The translations under genes and the position numbers were made by a program. Shown in pieces: positions 20,096 through 28,064 of a stretch of 58,109 bases of DNA. This DNA comes from a virus (Duplodnaviria; Caudoviricetes), in IMG/VR virus record IMGVR_UViG_3300027983_000019, positions 1 to 58,109 of that record, one strand, 5' to 3'. Each line of letters starts with the position of its first letter. The first letter of the stretch is position 1. The notes below the pieces were generated by a model. That model saw only the letters and a program-made list of their open reading frames with translations. It did not search any database and was not told the DNA's origin.

Positions 20096-20908
20096 ATGGA
20101 ACTAAAAAGATTAAAAAAAATAATAAAAGAAGAAATAGGGGATTTTGACTGGGCACAAGATGTGTTAGCGGCTAGTCCAGATGATGAAGAGTTTGAATCA
20201 ATGCTTAACCACTTTGGGGCTAATTTGGTTTACGCTGAGGATTTTGAGGAAACGGATAGTTATGACTATCTTGGTGGGAAAACTTACAATGTTGATGGTG
20301 AAACTTGGGTGGTTTTAACCAAGGAACAAGCTGATGAAACATTAAAAGAGGATATACGAAGTCTTTATGAAGAGTTGGGTGTTGAAACAGTACGTGATAT
20401 ATCTGATTATGTTACTGTTTCCCAACAATGGATTGATGATTTTTGTGATGAGGAGGCTGACCATTATATGGATGATATAGATGAGGAAGACATACTCTCC
20501 AATTCTGATGATGAATACGAGGAAAGATATGATGACCTAACAGAGGAGATTGAGGAACTTGAGGACTTGTCTGATGATGATGAGTCCGTACAAACAAGAA
20601 TTTATGACCTAATAAAGCAAAGAGATAAAATTCTTGACGATGCTCGTGATGATGTAAGGGAAACCGAGTTGGTTGAATTACATAGATGTATGGAAGACCC
20701 AATTTATTGTTTAGTTAACGAAAAGGGTTGGTATTCTACTACTAAAGAATTACTTGATGCCATGTTATCACAATGGGGATGGGATATTGATGAAGAAAGA
20801 CTTGTTAACGACCTATTTCAAGAATCTAATTATGATTCATTGGGTTATGGTGAATACGCTGAAGAGATTGTTGAAGATACTGTTTATATATTGATTAGAA
20901 TGGATTAA
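20096..20908 (+). CDS. Highly acidic protein with the shared N-terminal tag (KKIIKEEIGDFDW)
   Basis: 270 aa, D/E-rich; TATTTAT upstream. Confidence 0.8.
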   Translation: MELKRLKKIIKEEIGDFDWAQDVLAASPDDEEFESMLNHFGANLVYAEDFEETDSYDYLGGKTYNVDGETWVVLTKEQADETLKEDIRSLYEELGVETVRDISDYVTVSQQWIDDFCDEEADHYMDDIDEEDILSNSDDEYEERYDDLTEEIEELEDLSDDDESVQTRIYDLIKQRDKILDDARDDVRETELVELHRCMEDPIYCLVNEKGWYSTTKELLDAMLSQWGWDIDEERLVNDLFQESNYDSLGYGEYAEEIVEDTVYILIRMD

Positions 20909-20910
20909 CT

Positions 20911-20963
20911 ATGAAAAAATTCATAAAAAAAATATAAAAGAATCTGATTTTGATTGGGTTTAG
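20911..20963 (+). pseudogene. Stub of an MKKLIKKILKESDFDWV-type gene start
   Basis: Nearly identical to the first 50 nt of the genes at 21318 and 21705 but disrupted. Confidence 0.6.
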
Positions 20964-21256
20964 ACGAATTTAGATACCCTACCTATTGTTGTTTGTTTAA
21001 CACCATAATAAATTTCTTGTTTTTTAACTTGTGCTTTAAACCTCAACACGGAACCAATTTCAATTAACTCACCACCAACCAAGTATCTTTCATTAATTTT
21101 ACCGAATTTAGTTACTCTATTGTTATTATTATCAACCATTTGATAAACATTTGTATCACCAAATGGACCATCAAACTTATTAACACCAACAATTGTTAGT
21201 TCCATGTTAATTTTTTCACCAACCTTACCGATATAATCATTCCCAATGTCTAACAT
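20960..21256 (-). CDS. Hypothetical protein (possible OB-fold)
   Basis: 98-aa ORF with its own promoter. Confidence 0.65.
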   Translation of the reverse strand: MLDIGNDYIGKVGEKINMELTIVGVNKFDGPFGDTNVYQMVDNNNNRVTKFGKINERYLVGGELIEIGSVLRFKAQVKKQEIYYGVKQTTIGRVSKFV

Positions 21257-21317
21257 CTATTTAATTTTATACTATTTATACAAATATACAAAACTTTTGT
21301 GATATTTATCAGTATAG

Positions 21318-21695
21318 ATGAAAAAACTTATAAAAAAAATATTAAAAGAATCTGATTTTGATTGGGTTGAGGGTATCCCTGAGGATTTGGTTATACCTGT
21401 TAATACCCCGTTTGTGATTATACTGGATATGACATTAAATACACATCTATGGTCTAAATTACAAAAAAAATTACAGGGTTTTGGGTGGAATTGGCGACAC
21501 ACCACTCATTACTCATTAGAATCTGTGATGTATGATTGTGATAGTGTAGTTGATAAACAGCCTACCTCACTTTCAGGTGGGGAACAATGGGATAGTAATA
21601 AAGGTTATATGGGTGTGTGGTGTAGTGATGAATGGGAAGGAAATATTACCTATTATGGTGAACATGTCTATAAATTATCTGAAATAGTTATATAA
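21318..21695 (+). CDS. Hypothetical protein with the shared N-terminal tag
   Basis: MKKLIKKILKESDFDW. Confidence 0.8.
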   Translation: MKKLIKKILKESDFDWVEGIPEDLVIPVNTPFVIILDMTLNTHLWSKLQKKLQGFGWNWRHTTHYSLESVMYDCDSVVDKQPTSLSGGEQWDSNKGYMGVWCSDEWEGNITYYGEHVYKLSEIVI

Positions 21696-21704
21696 CTTAA
21701 TATC

Positions 21705-22397
21705 ATGAAAAAACTTATAAAAAAAATATTAAAAGAATCTGATTTTGATTGGACTGAGGATATTATAGGTGTGTTCTCACCTGAAATGTTAAGATATGGG
21801 CAAACATTTAAGAATATGTGGAGTCAATATACAAGAATACTAAAATATGTTGGTAAAGATGATGAGGGTGTTAGTTACGAAACACCATTAACTCTTTTTA
21901 ATTTTGAAATTGTGTCGGATGAATCTGACCTTAATTTAGGTATAGAATTAGTACTTAACACCCACGATTTTATTAAATTTATTAAAGATGGTATATTGAC
22001 CCCAATGATTGATGAAGATGATTTTAAATTTTTGAATGAGTCTAATGATTTTGAATGGGTTGAGGATATCCCATCAGCTAGTGAGTATAGGTTTTTCATG
22101 ATTAGTCTTTGTATAGTTAATGATTACGATGAAGAAACACAAATCGATGAATGTCTTGAAGGTCGTGATATCTATGTTAAAATAAATAATTACGATGTTG
22201 ATGTTGATAGTATATGGAGATTCGGGATTGATGATATGGTTGCTTGTGGTGATGATGGTTATGACGTTATTGATTATTTAGAGACACATAACCTTGGTAT
22301 CCCACAATATGATGATTGTGAGGGTGTAACAGAAGTTAGTTTAAGTAGGTATTGTAAATATGGTCACGATACATTCTGTAATGGTGTGAACTGGTAA
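21705..22397 (+). CDS. Hypothetical protein with the shared tag, plus an internal second tag (FLNESNDFEW)
   Basis: First 48 nt identical to the gene at 21318. Confidence 0.8.
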   Translation: MKKLIKKILKESDFDWTEDIIGVFSPEMLRYGQTFKNMWSQYTRILKYVGKDDEGVSYETPLTLFNFEIVSDESDLNLGIELVLNTHDFIKFIKDGILTPMIDEDDFKFLNESNDFEWVEDIPSASEYRFFMISLCIVNDYDEETQIDECLEGRDIYVKINNYDVDVDSIWRFGIDDMVACGDDGYDVIDYLETHNLGIPQYDDCEGVTEVSLSRYCKYGHDTFCNGVNW

Positions 22398-22436
22398 TAA
22401 TCACGGTGACTTATCACCGTGATATATACACATTTG

Positions 22437-22509
22437 TCTCCCCCACGGGCCTCGAACCCGTAACCTTTCCGTTAAAAGCGGAAAGCCCGTCCACTTGAGC
22501 TTCGAAGAG
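22437..22509 (-). tRNA. tRNA-Lys(TTT)
   Basis: Anticodon arm TTCCG-CTTTTAA-CGGAA. Confidence 0.8.
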
Positions 22510-22511
22510 AT

Positions 22512-22550
22512 AAAAAAAGGGACTAAGTTATGATTGACTTAGTCCCTTTT
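22512..22550 (-). terminator. Intrinsic terminator directly upstream of tRNA-Lys
   Basis: GGGACTAAGT/ACTTAGTCCC stem plus T-run. Confidence 0.8.
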
Positions 22551-22624
22551 AGGTGTGGTTGTAATTTTGTTACCTCCAATTAGTCAATCGATTTTCACGA
22601 CTAACCAATTATCGGTTAGTCTTG

Positions 22625-22834
22625 TTACTGTTTATATTTTAATTTATTTACCATAATTTCTACTTTGTTTTTTCTTTTAATCCTTTTAATCTTTAAAGCT
22701 CTTTTATACTTCTCGTTGAACTCTTTACGGAATTCACTTTTAATAACTTCTTTTTCTGAGTTACTTATTTTTCGTCTTAGTTTTAGTTCTTTTAGTAAAT
22801 ACCTCGTACTAAGACCTAATACTATTGTTAACAT
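22625..22834 (-). CDS. Lys-rich small ORF, candidate leader for tRNA-Lys
   Basis: 16 Lys in 69 aa; ends MVNKLKYKQ just before alternative hairpins. Confidence 0.55.
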   Translation of the reverse strand: MLTIVLGLSTRYLLKELKLRRKISNSEKEVIKSEFRKEFNEKYKRALKIKRIKRKNKVEIMVNKLKYKQ

Positions 22835-22856
22835 TTTGTTTTACTCTTTTAATTAG

Positions 22857-22930
22857 AAGTCAGGGAGGGAATCGAACCCCCGTAAATCGGGTTGCAACCG
22901 ACCACCTATATGCCTCTCAGACACCTGACC
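22857..22930 (-). tRNA. tRNA-Cys(GCA)
   Basis: GTCGG-TTGCAAC-CCGAT. Confidence 0.88.
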
Positions 22931-22934
22931 AAAT

Positions 22935-23012
22935 AAAAAGATAGAGATTAACTATATGAGTGTTTTTCCAAATCCAAATTGATGTAACTCACATTACCGC
23001 TTCTATCTTTTT
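22935..23012 (-). ncRNA. Stem-loop RNA sharing a motif with the elements upstream of Ro60
   Basis: GAAGCGGT...GAGTTACATC...ACTC...AATCTC closed by AGATAGA/TCTATCT. Confidence 0.5.
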
Positions 23013-23014
23013 TG

Positions 23015-23089
23015 TGGAAGTGATGGGACTCGAACCCACATAACCTTCTCGTTGCAAACGAGTTGCTCAGCCAATTGAGCTACACCCCC
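23015..23089 (-). tRNA. tRNA-Ala(TGC)
   Basis: CTCG-TTTGCAA-CGAG; G3-U70 pair. Confidence 0.9.
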
Positions 23090-23143
23090 TTAGTGGCGTA
23101 CCTTTGATTTAAGAGAGGGCACTACCGTTTCAACTCTCTATAG

Positions 23144-23214
23144 AGCGAAATGTGAGAATCTAACTCCTTCCTCTCCTTGGAAGGGAGATGCTTTAACATT
23201 AAGCTACATTTCGC
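23144..23214 (-). tRNA. tRNA-Gly(TCC)
   Basis: TCTCC-CTTCCAA-GGAGA. Confidence 0.85.
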
Positions 23215-23258
23215 GTTTACCATTTTTTTTCTGACCTGAATGATATAAACAGGTTTCG

Positions 23259-23331
23259 CGGAGATGATGGGAGTCGAACCCACTCCGACCTCGCAGACAA
23301 CGAGACATCTTAACCGTTTGACCTCATCTCC
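23259..23331 (-). tRNA. tRNA-Asp(GTC)
   Basis: TCTCG-TTGTCTG-CGAGG. Confidence 0.88.
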
Positions 23332-23540
23332 ATTGCGTCTTAGTTGGTGGTACCACCATGTAGAACCTAAAACAATTTTAACCTACTTTTTATTTTCTAC
23401 CTTTTGTCCACCCTTTGTAATCCAACAGGTTCCGAATTGGGAGTTTAATTCCCCCTTTCCCTTGACCTTTCATTGTGTTACTCATCTTTTGTTTCCTTCC
23501 CATACATATAAATAATATGGGAAGGTACAAAAGTTCCATG

Positions 23541-23613
23541 TCTAAGTGATAGGATTCGAACCTACGACCTGAGTGTCCCAAACACCCCGCTCTACCAACT
23601 GAGCCACACCTAG
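23541..23613 (-). tRNA. tRNA-Pro(TGG)
   Basis: GGGTG-TTTGGGA-CACTC. Confidence 0.9.
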
Positions 23614-23662
23614 TTTTTGTACTTCCTTCTCTCATACGGAGTATAGTACTAACTAATACAGG

Positions 23663-23743
23663 TGGTGCCTGATGGACTCGAACCACTCCCCTAAGGACGA
23701 AATTTACAGTTTCGCTGTCGTATCCAAACGACTTTCAGTCACC
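23663..23743 (-). tRNA. tRNA-Tyr(GTA)
   Basis: CGAAA-CTGTAAA-TTTCG, long variable arm. Confidence 0.85.
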
Positions 23744-23757
23744 AATTGTTTTTAACT

Positions 23758-23791
23758 AAAAAACCCTCGACTTGTTATGGTCGAGGGTTTT
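23758..23791 (-). terminator. Attenuator terminator of tRNA operon A
   Basis: AACCCTCGAC/GTCGAGGGTT stem plus T-run. Confidence 0.85.
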
Positions 23792-23822
23792 AGTTTTAAA
23801 TTAATATCTTTTAATATTTAAC

Positions 23823-23915
23823 TTAATACCTAAGGTCTCGACAATTGTGGTTATAACCACAATCAGTTCCCGCTTTCGCGTCACTCGGTTTATATGTCGG
23901 TTTATTAGTTATCAT
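23823..23915 (-). CDS. Leader peptide A: MITNKPTYKPSDAKAGTDCGYNHNCRDLRY
   Basis: Translated by hand; lies between a promoter (23950-23980) and a terminator; core enriched in K, P, Y, D, A, G, C. Confidence 0.8.
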   Translation of the reverse strand: MITNKPTYKPSDAKAGTDCGYNHNCRDLRY

Positions 23916-24090
23916 TGTTTTTGTTTTTTCTTTGTTTATAAATATAGTACAAATGTAGTAAAAGTTATCTTGTAAGTCAAGTATTTTTTTAATTTATTTT
24001 AATATTTCTTTTTTTCCTTTAATTTAGGTCTTAAACCCTCGTTTCTGATACAAATATAAATAACTTATTTTGATAAATCAAGATAAATCT

Positions 24091-24393
24091 TTATTTTTTA
24101 CCACATTTTTTACATCCTATGTTATCTTTTTTAATTTTTGGTCTCTTATTAATCATTAACTTAATCTGTAATGTAGTTACCATAATAACAACCATGATAA
24201 ATGAATAGGATGATGTTGTTTCTTGAATACCACCACTAAATATATCCTTAACTGATTGAACTCCTGATGATATAACCCATATAACAATGGATATAATGGT
24301 GATAATTTGTGTTAAGTTTCCACCCATAAATCTGTTTAATTCTTGTTGACCACCCTTTTGGTTATCTTTTGGTTTTTCTATTTTTTTATCCAT
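24091..24393 (-). CDS. Two-TM membrane protein
   Basis: Two hydrophobic segments, C-terminal CxxC. Confidence 0.65.
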   Translation of the reverse strand: MDKKIEKPKDNQKGGQQELNRFMGGNLTQIITIISIVIWVISSGVQSVKDIFSGGIQETTSSYSFIMVVIMVTTLQIKLMINKRPKIKKDNIGCKKCGKK

Positions 24394-24400
24394 AATTTTA

Positions 24401-24910
24401 TTAAAATTGTCTAAAATGGTCGATATTAAAAGTAATTGGTGTTATCCCGTCATCTTCATCCATTCCTATTGAAATTGGTTGACAACCGATTAAATGATAA
24501 CTTTCTAATACCCCACCATTTCGTGAGTATAGTTGTAATGTCATATTTTTTTTTAAATTGTTCGTTCTGGAAAAGTTAAACCACTCAAATAACATATTAG
24601 CTTCACCCAAATCCAGAAACTCGACATAATGTTCACATTGTGTTCGTATTGGCATTTGGTTATAATTATGTAAATCTACACCTAACGAACCCATTCTTGG
24701 TTGATTTGTAGATACATGAAAATCTTGATGTCCATCACCTGATGGTATTTGTAAAATCCATCGAACACCATTTAATGGTATAGTTTCTAATAAATGATTT
24801 TGACTTCTTATTTCACTTATAGGTTGAGTAGTTAGTGGCCACACTTTTATAGGTGATTTCTTAACAAATGTTATATTTTCTTTTTTATTACTAGCTATAA
24901 ACAATTCCAT
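24401..24910 (-). CDS. Divergent tail-tube-like (gp19-like) protein
   Basis: LFEWF...KKNMTLQLYSRNGGVLESYHLIGCQP pattern; related to 48143-48706. Confidence 0.5.
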   Translation of the reverse strand: MELFIASNKKENITFVKKSPIKVWPLTTQPISEIRSQNHLLETIPLNGVRWILQIPSGDGHQDFHVSTNQPRMGSLGVDLHNYNQMPIRTQCEHYVEFLDLGEANMLFEWFNFSRTNNLKKNMTLQLYSRNGGVLESYHLIGCQPISIGMDEDDGITPITFNIDHFRQF

Positions 24911-24945
24911 GGCTAAAATATAGAATAACCAATAGACTTGTAAAC

Positions 24946-25407
24946 TTAATAAACAAACTTTAATGTTAATTTATCCCACTCATCATCTTTTTTTTCTTGG
25001 TTACATTTATAACAACACACTTTTAGATTACTAAATTCTTTGGCTAACTCTGGATGTTTGGCTTTTGGGAGGAAGTGGTCAGCGGTAGCCATATCATGAT
25101 GACTTTTAACCTCATCTTTTTTCCAATGGTATAATCTTAATTCTTTTTTACCACAATATTCACAATGTAATTCACCATGGGTCTTTAACATATATAGTAA
25201 AAACTTGGTGTTAAATAACATCTGTTTAAATTTATCGGCTTTCTTTGGGTTTTTTGGCATTGGGTCTATTTCCTTATAGGAATCTATTAATAATAGATAG
25301 TCAGCATATGTACCTTGTAAAGGTTGACCAAAAATTATGTCTTGTACCTTTACATGATTTGTTATTTTTCTAACTATTTTTCTTAACATTACATCTAATA
25401 TAATCAT
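24946..25407 (-). CDS. HNH endonuclease
   Basis: CEYCG...TADHFLPK...NLKVCCYKCNQEK. Confidence 0.85.
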   Translation of the reverse strand: MIILDVMLRKIVRKITNHVKVQDIIFGQPLQGTYADYLLLIDSYKEIDPMPKNPKKADKFKQMLFNTKFLLYMLKTHGELHCEYCGKKELRLYHWKKDEVKSHHDMATADHFLPKAKHPELAKEFSNLKVCCYKCNQEKKDDEWDKLTLKFVY

Positions 25408-25470
25408 TTTTTTAGATAAATTAAACTTTAACTATTCAATGTTATGATATATTTATAGAAAAACAAAAAT

Positions 25471-25812
25471 ATGAACATTAGAAAAATAATAAAGGAGGAG
25501 ATTGATAACTTTGATTGGTTTGATGAGGGTGAAACTCCATTATCGCGGTTAATTGATAATTTTGGTGATTTGACACCGGTTGTTAGGGGTAATCTAACAT
25601 TCTATGCTGATAATAATAATAATAATAAAACAATTTTTTATTATTATCAGGATGAAGAAAATGGACTTTGTTATATTAATTATGATGAAATATGGTCAGT
25701 TTTGGAGTCTCGTTTTGGGATTAACTATAAGGAAATTCAGGTGGTTATAACCAAGTGGTTGGATGAGGTATACGGATTAACGGGACTCACACCTTCAAAA
25801 TCGATTTGGTGA
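25471..25812 (+). CDS. Array-associated small protein paralog
   Basis: MNIRKIIKEEIDNFDW...WLDEVYGLTGLTP-SKSIW. Confidence 0.9.
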   Translation: MNIRKIIKEEIDNFDWFDEGETPLSRLIDNFGDLTPVVRGNLTFYADNNNNNKTIFYYYQDEENGLCYINYDEIWSVLESRFGINYKEIQVVITKWLDEVYGLTGLTPSKSIW

Positions 25813-25904
25813 AATAGTTGAAGGTTGGATGAGGTATACGGAATAACGGGACTTACACCGTACTCTGGAGAATCTTCTGTTTACTTGGCGTTGGATGAGG
25901 TATA
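25758..25904 (+). CRISPR. CRISPR-like mini-array: 2 full and 1 partial 36-bp repeats, two 30-bp spacers
   Basis: Repeats 25758-25793, 25824-25859, 25890-25904. Confidence 0.6.
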
Positions 25905-25932
25905 AAAATAATATGTTAAACTGAAAATAATT

Positions 25933-26280
25933 ATGAACATCAAAAAAATAATAAAAGAAGAAATTAATAATTTCGATTGGTTTGATGAGGGTGAAACACC
26001 ACTATCGTGGTTAATCGATAATTTTGGGGATTTAAAACCAGTTGTTGATGGTAATAAAATCACTTATGTTAATGATAATAATAAAATATTCTTTTATTAT
26101 TATCAGGATAAAAAAAATGGATATTGTTATATTAAATATGGTGAAATATGGTCAGTTTTGGATTCCCGTTTTGGAATTAACGATACTGAAATTATGGAAG
26201 TTACAACCACATGGTTGGATGAGGTCTACGGAATAACGGGACTCATACCCATAAGTTACGGTTCCCATTGCAGCATCTAG
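25933..26280 (+). CDS. Array-associated small protein paralog
   Basis: MNIKKIIKEEINNFDW...WLDEVYGITGLIP-ISYGSHCSI. Confidence 0.9.
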   Translation: MNIKKIIKEEINNFDWFDEGETPLSWLIDNFGDLKPVVDGNKITYVNDNNKIFFYYYQDKKNGYCYIKYGEIWSVLDSRFGINDTEIMEVTTTWLDEVYGITGLIPISYGSHCSI

Positions 26281-26381
26281 TTGGATGAGGTATACGGAAT
26301 AACTGGACTCACACCTTTAAGTTGGTGGTGATACAACTTCTTCATGTTGGATGAGGTCTACGGAATAGTGGGGTGTACACC
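26214..26381 (+). CRISPR. CRISPR-like mini-array: 3 x 36-bp repeats, two 30-bp spacers
   Basis: Repeats 26214-26249, 26280-26315, 26346-26381 (last degenerate). Confidence 0.6.
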
Positions 26382-26418
26382 ATTAAAATCAAATAAGTAT
26401 TAAGTTATTTTTAATTAG

Positions 26419-26492
26419 TGTACCAGGAGGGATTCGAACCCCCGACCTTATGGTCCGTAACCATATGCTCTATCCAACTGAGCTACAAGTAC
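26419..26492 (-). tRNA. tRNA-Arg(ACG)
   Basis: TATGG-TTACGGA-CCATA. Confidence 0.9.
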
Positions 26493-26536
26493 ATTGTCAT
26501 AATCGTTAGTGATTAACTCACAACATTATGTTATAG

Positions 26537-26608
26537 TAGACATGGAGGGAGTTGAGCCCTCTTAACTAAGGTATAAGCTTAGCGTAATAACCCTTATACG
26601 ACATGTCC
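26537..26608 (-). tRNA. tRNA-Ile(TAT)
   Basis: CTAAG-CTTATAC-CTTAG. Confidence 0.8.
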
Positions 26609-26610
26609 AT

Positions 26611-26701
26611 TGGTAGAGGGTATGGGATTTGAACCCATGCGTCGTTTAACCGACCTAATAACTTTCCAAGTTATCCTCTTAAGCCACTTGAGTAACCCTC
26701 T
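26611..26701 (-). tRNA. tRNA-Ser(GGA)
   Basis: ATAAC-TTGGAAA-GTTAT, long variable arm, encoded CCA. Confidence 0.88.
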
Positions 26702-26753
26702 ATTTTATTTTCTTCCCATACATATAAATATGTGGGAAGTACAAAAACGACCA

Positions 26754-26846
26754 TGGCGGAAGACAAGGGGATTGAACCCTCACTACCCATTAAGGGTAGA
26801 CTTGTTTAGCAGACAAGCTCAACGAACCAATATTTGACTATCTTCC
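26754..26846 (-). tRNA. tRNA-Ser(GCT)
   Basis: CTTGT-CTGCTAA-ACAAG, long variable arm, encoded CCA. Confidence 0.88.
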
Positions 26847-27755
26847 ATTAGTGTGTAGATTATTTATGTACTTAATAATTTTATTAGTTTCTTCTATTAT
26901 AAATTTTTTATGACTTGTTAAATCTTTAACTATATATAATTTTATACCTAATATCTCACATTCTTTTATTTTCTGTTTATCTTTTTCTTTTGTTTTAATT
27001 AAAGAACCATCACCTCTAATGTCTTTGTAGTGGTATATACCATTCCACTCAATACCAAAATTCAATGAGGGTATATAAACATCTAATTCACGATTACCCA
27101 TTAGTGTTAACCTATCATTAAATAAAATAGTTAAATTAGGGAAATAAGTGTTTAGTTCATTTTCTAAATATATTTCAGGTTTAGACCTAAGACCATTTAT
27201 TAATTTATTATTTATTTTATTTCTACACACACCACCACAATATTTTCTTCTATTTAATTGTGTTTTAGTTAACCATAATTTTTTATCACAAACCGGACAA
27301 GTAAACTCAACCTTTGGTTTTGTTAATTTTTCACTTATTTTTCGTTTTATTTCGTTACACTTTTTATCATCAAATCTATCACACAGTTTAACACCTTTTA
27401 AATTGACACTAACTGAGTTTCTTATATTAATTAACCCTTGCTTTGATAGTGTGTACACACTCAATACTCTATCTCTATTAGTTGACGAAGCCGAACAACT
27501 GTGTCCACAATATTTATTACCCCTCACTTCGTATGGTATTACCTCAGAACAATATTCACACATTTTTGGTTCAATGTAATACTTTTCCTTATTCTTTCGA
27601 AGTGTTGTTGTTGTATGTTCACGACCTAATCTCACCATTTTCTCATACGATTTACCTTTATTTGGGTTTTTATCACAATTGACTACATGTGACCCAGCGT
27701 GTTTAGGCGTTTTAATTTCCACCTCACCACAGAATTTACATTCATATTTACACAT
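26838..27755 (-). CDS. Putative free-standing homing endonuclease (zinc-finger repeats plus PD-(D/E)XK/Vsr-like domain) inside tRNA operon B
   Basis: Multiple CxxC and YCxxxC motifs; ELDVYIPSLNFGIEWNGIYHY. Confidence 0.75.
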   Translation of the reverse strand: MCKYECKFCGEVEIKTPKHAGSHVVNCDKNPNKGKSYEKMVRLGREHTTTTLRKNKEKYYIEPKMCEYCSEVIPYEVRGNKYCGHSCSASSTNRDRVLSVYTLSKQGLINIRNSVSVNLKGVKLCDRFDDKKCNEIKRKISEKLTKPKVEFTCPVCDKKLWLTKTQLNRRKYCGGVCRNKINNKLINGLRSKPEIYLENELNTYFPNLTILFNDRLTLMGNRELDVYIPSLNFGIEWNGIYHYKDIRGDGSLIKTKEKDKQKIKECEILGIKLYIVKDLTSHKKFIIEETNKIIKYINNLHTNGR

Positions 27756-27799
27756 ATTACTTTATATATAAATATGCACGTGACACCCAAAACGAATAG

Positions 27800-27870
27800 C
27801 ACAAACGGTTTTAATCGAAAAAACTCGTGAAGCTTTTGGAGAGCCCACCGACACCAAGCCTGTCGTTTGT
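27800..27870 (-). tRNA. tRNA-Trp(CCA), divergent D arm
   Basis: Acceptor ACAAACG/CGTTTGT, anticodon arm GGGCT-CTCCAAA-AGCTT, T-arm GTTTT-TTCGATT-AAAAC. Confidence 0.7.
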
Positions 27871-27875
27871 ATTTG

Positions 27876-27948
27876 TTGTGTCGTAGGGAGTCGAACCCTA
27901 TTATTCTATCTTATCAGGATAGCCACTAAACCGTCCATGCCCGACACA
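27876..27948 (-). tRNA. tRNA-Ile(GAT)
   Basis: CTATC-CTGATAA-GATAG. Confidence 0.8.
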
Positions 27949-27955
27949 ATGTTTG

Positions 27956-28026
27956 CTCTCCGTGGTGGTACTGACCCACCTTCCTCTGATTAACAATCAG
28001 GAGCTTCACTTTAAAGCTTACGAAGA
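27956..28026 (-). tRNA. tRNA-Asn(GTT)
   Basis: CTGA-TTGTTAA-TCAG. Confidence 0.8.
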
Positions 28027-28064
28027 GTATTTCAATTATAAGGTTGGTGACTTATAACGTATTG

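Noticed and set aside
25758-26381. Complete canonical CRISPR-Cas locus
   Set aside because: There are no recognisable cas genes, the repeats are more variable than usual, and the first repeat is protein-coding. Kept only as CRISPR-like.
207-26381. Stop-codon reassignment making the 66-bp units a long repeat protein
   Set aside because: The stops include TAA, TAG and TGA, two units are 65 bp, and conserved genes translate cleanly with the standard code.
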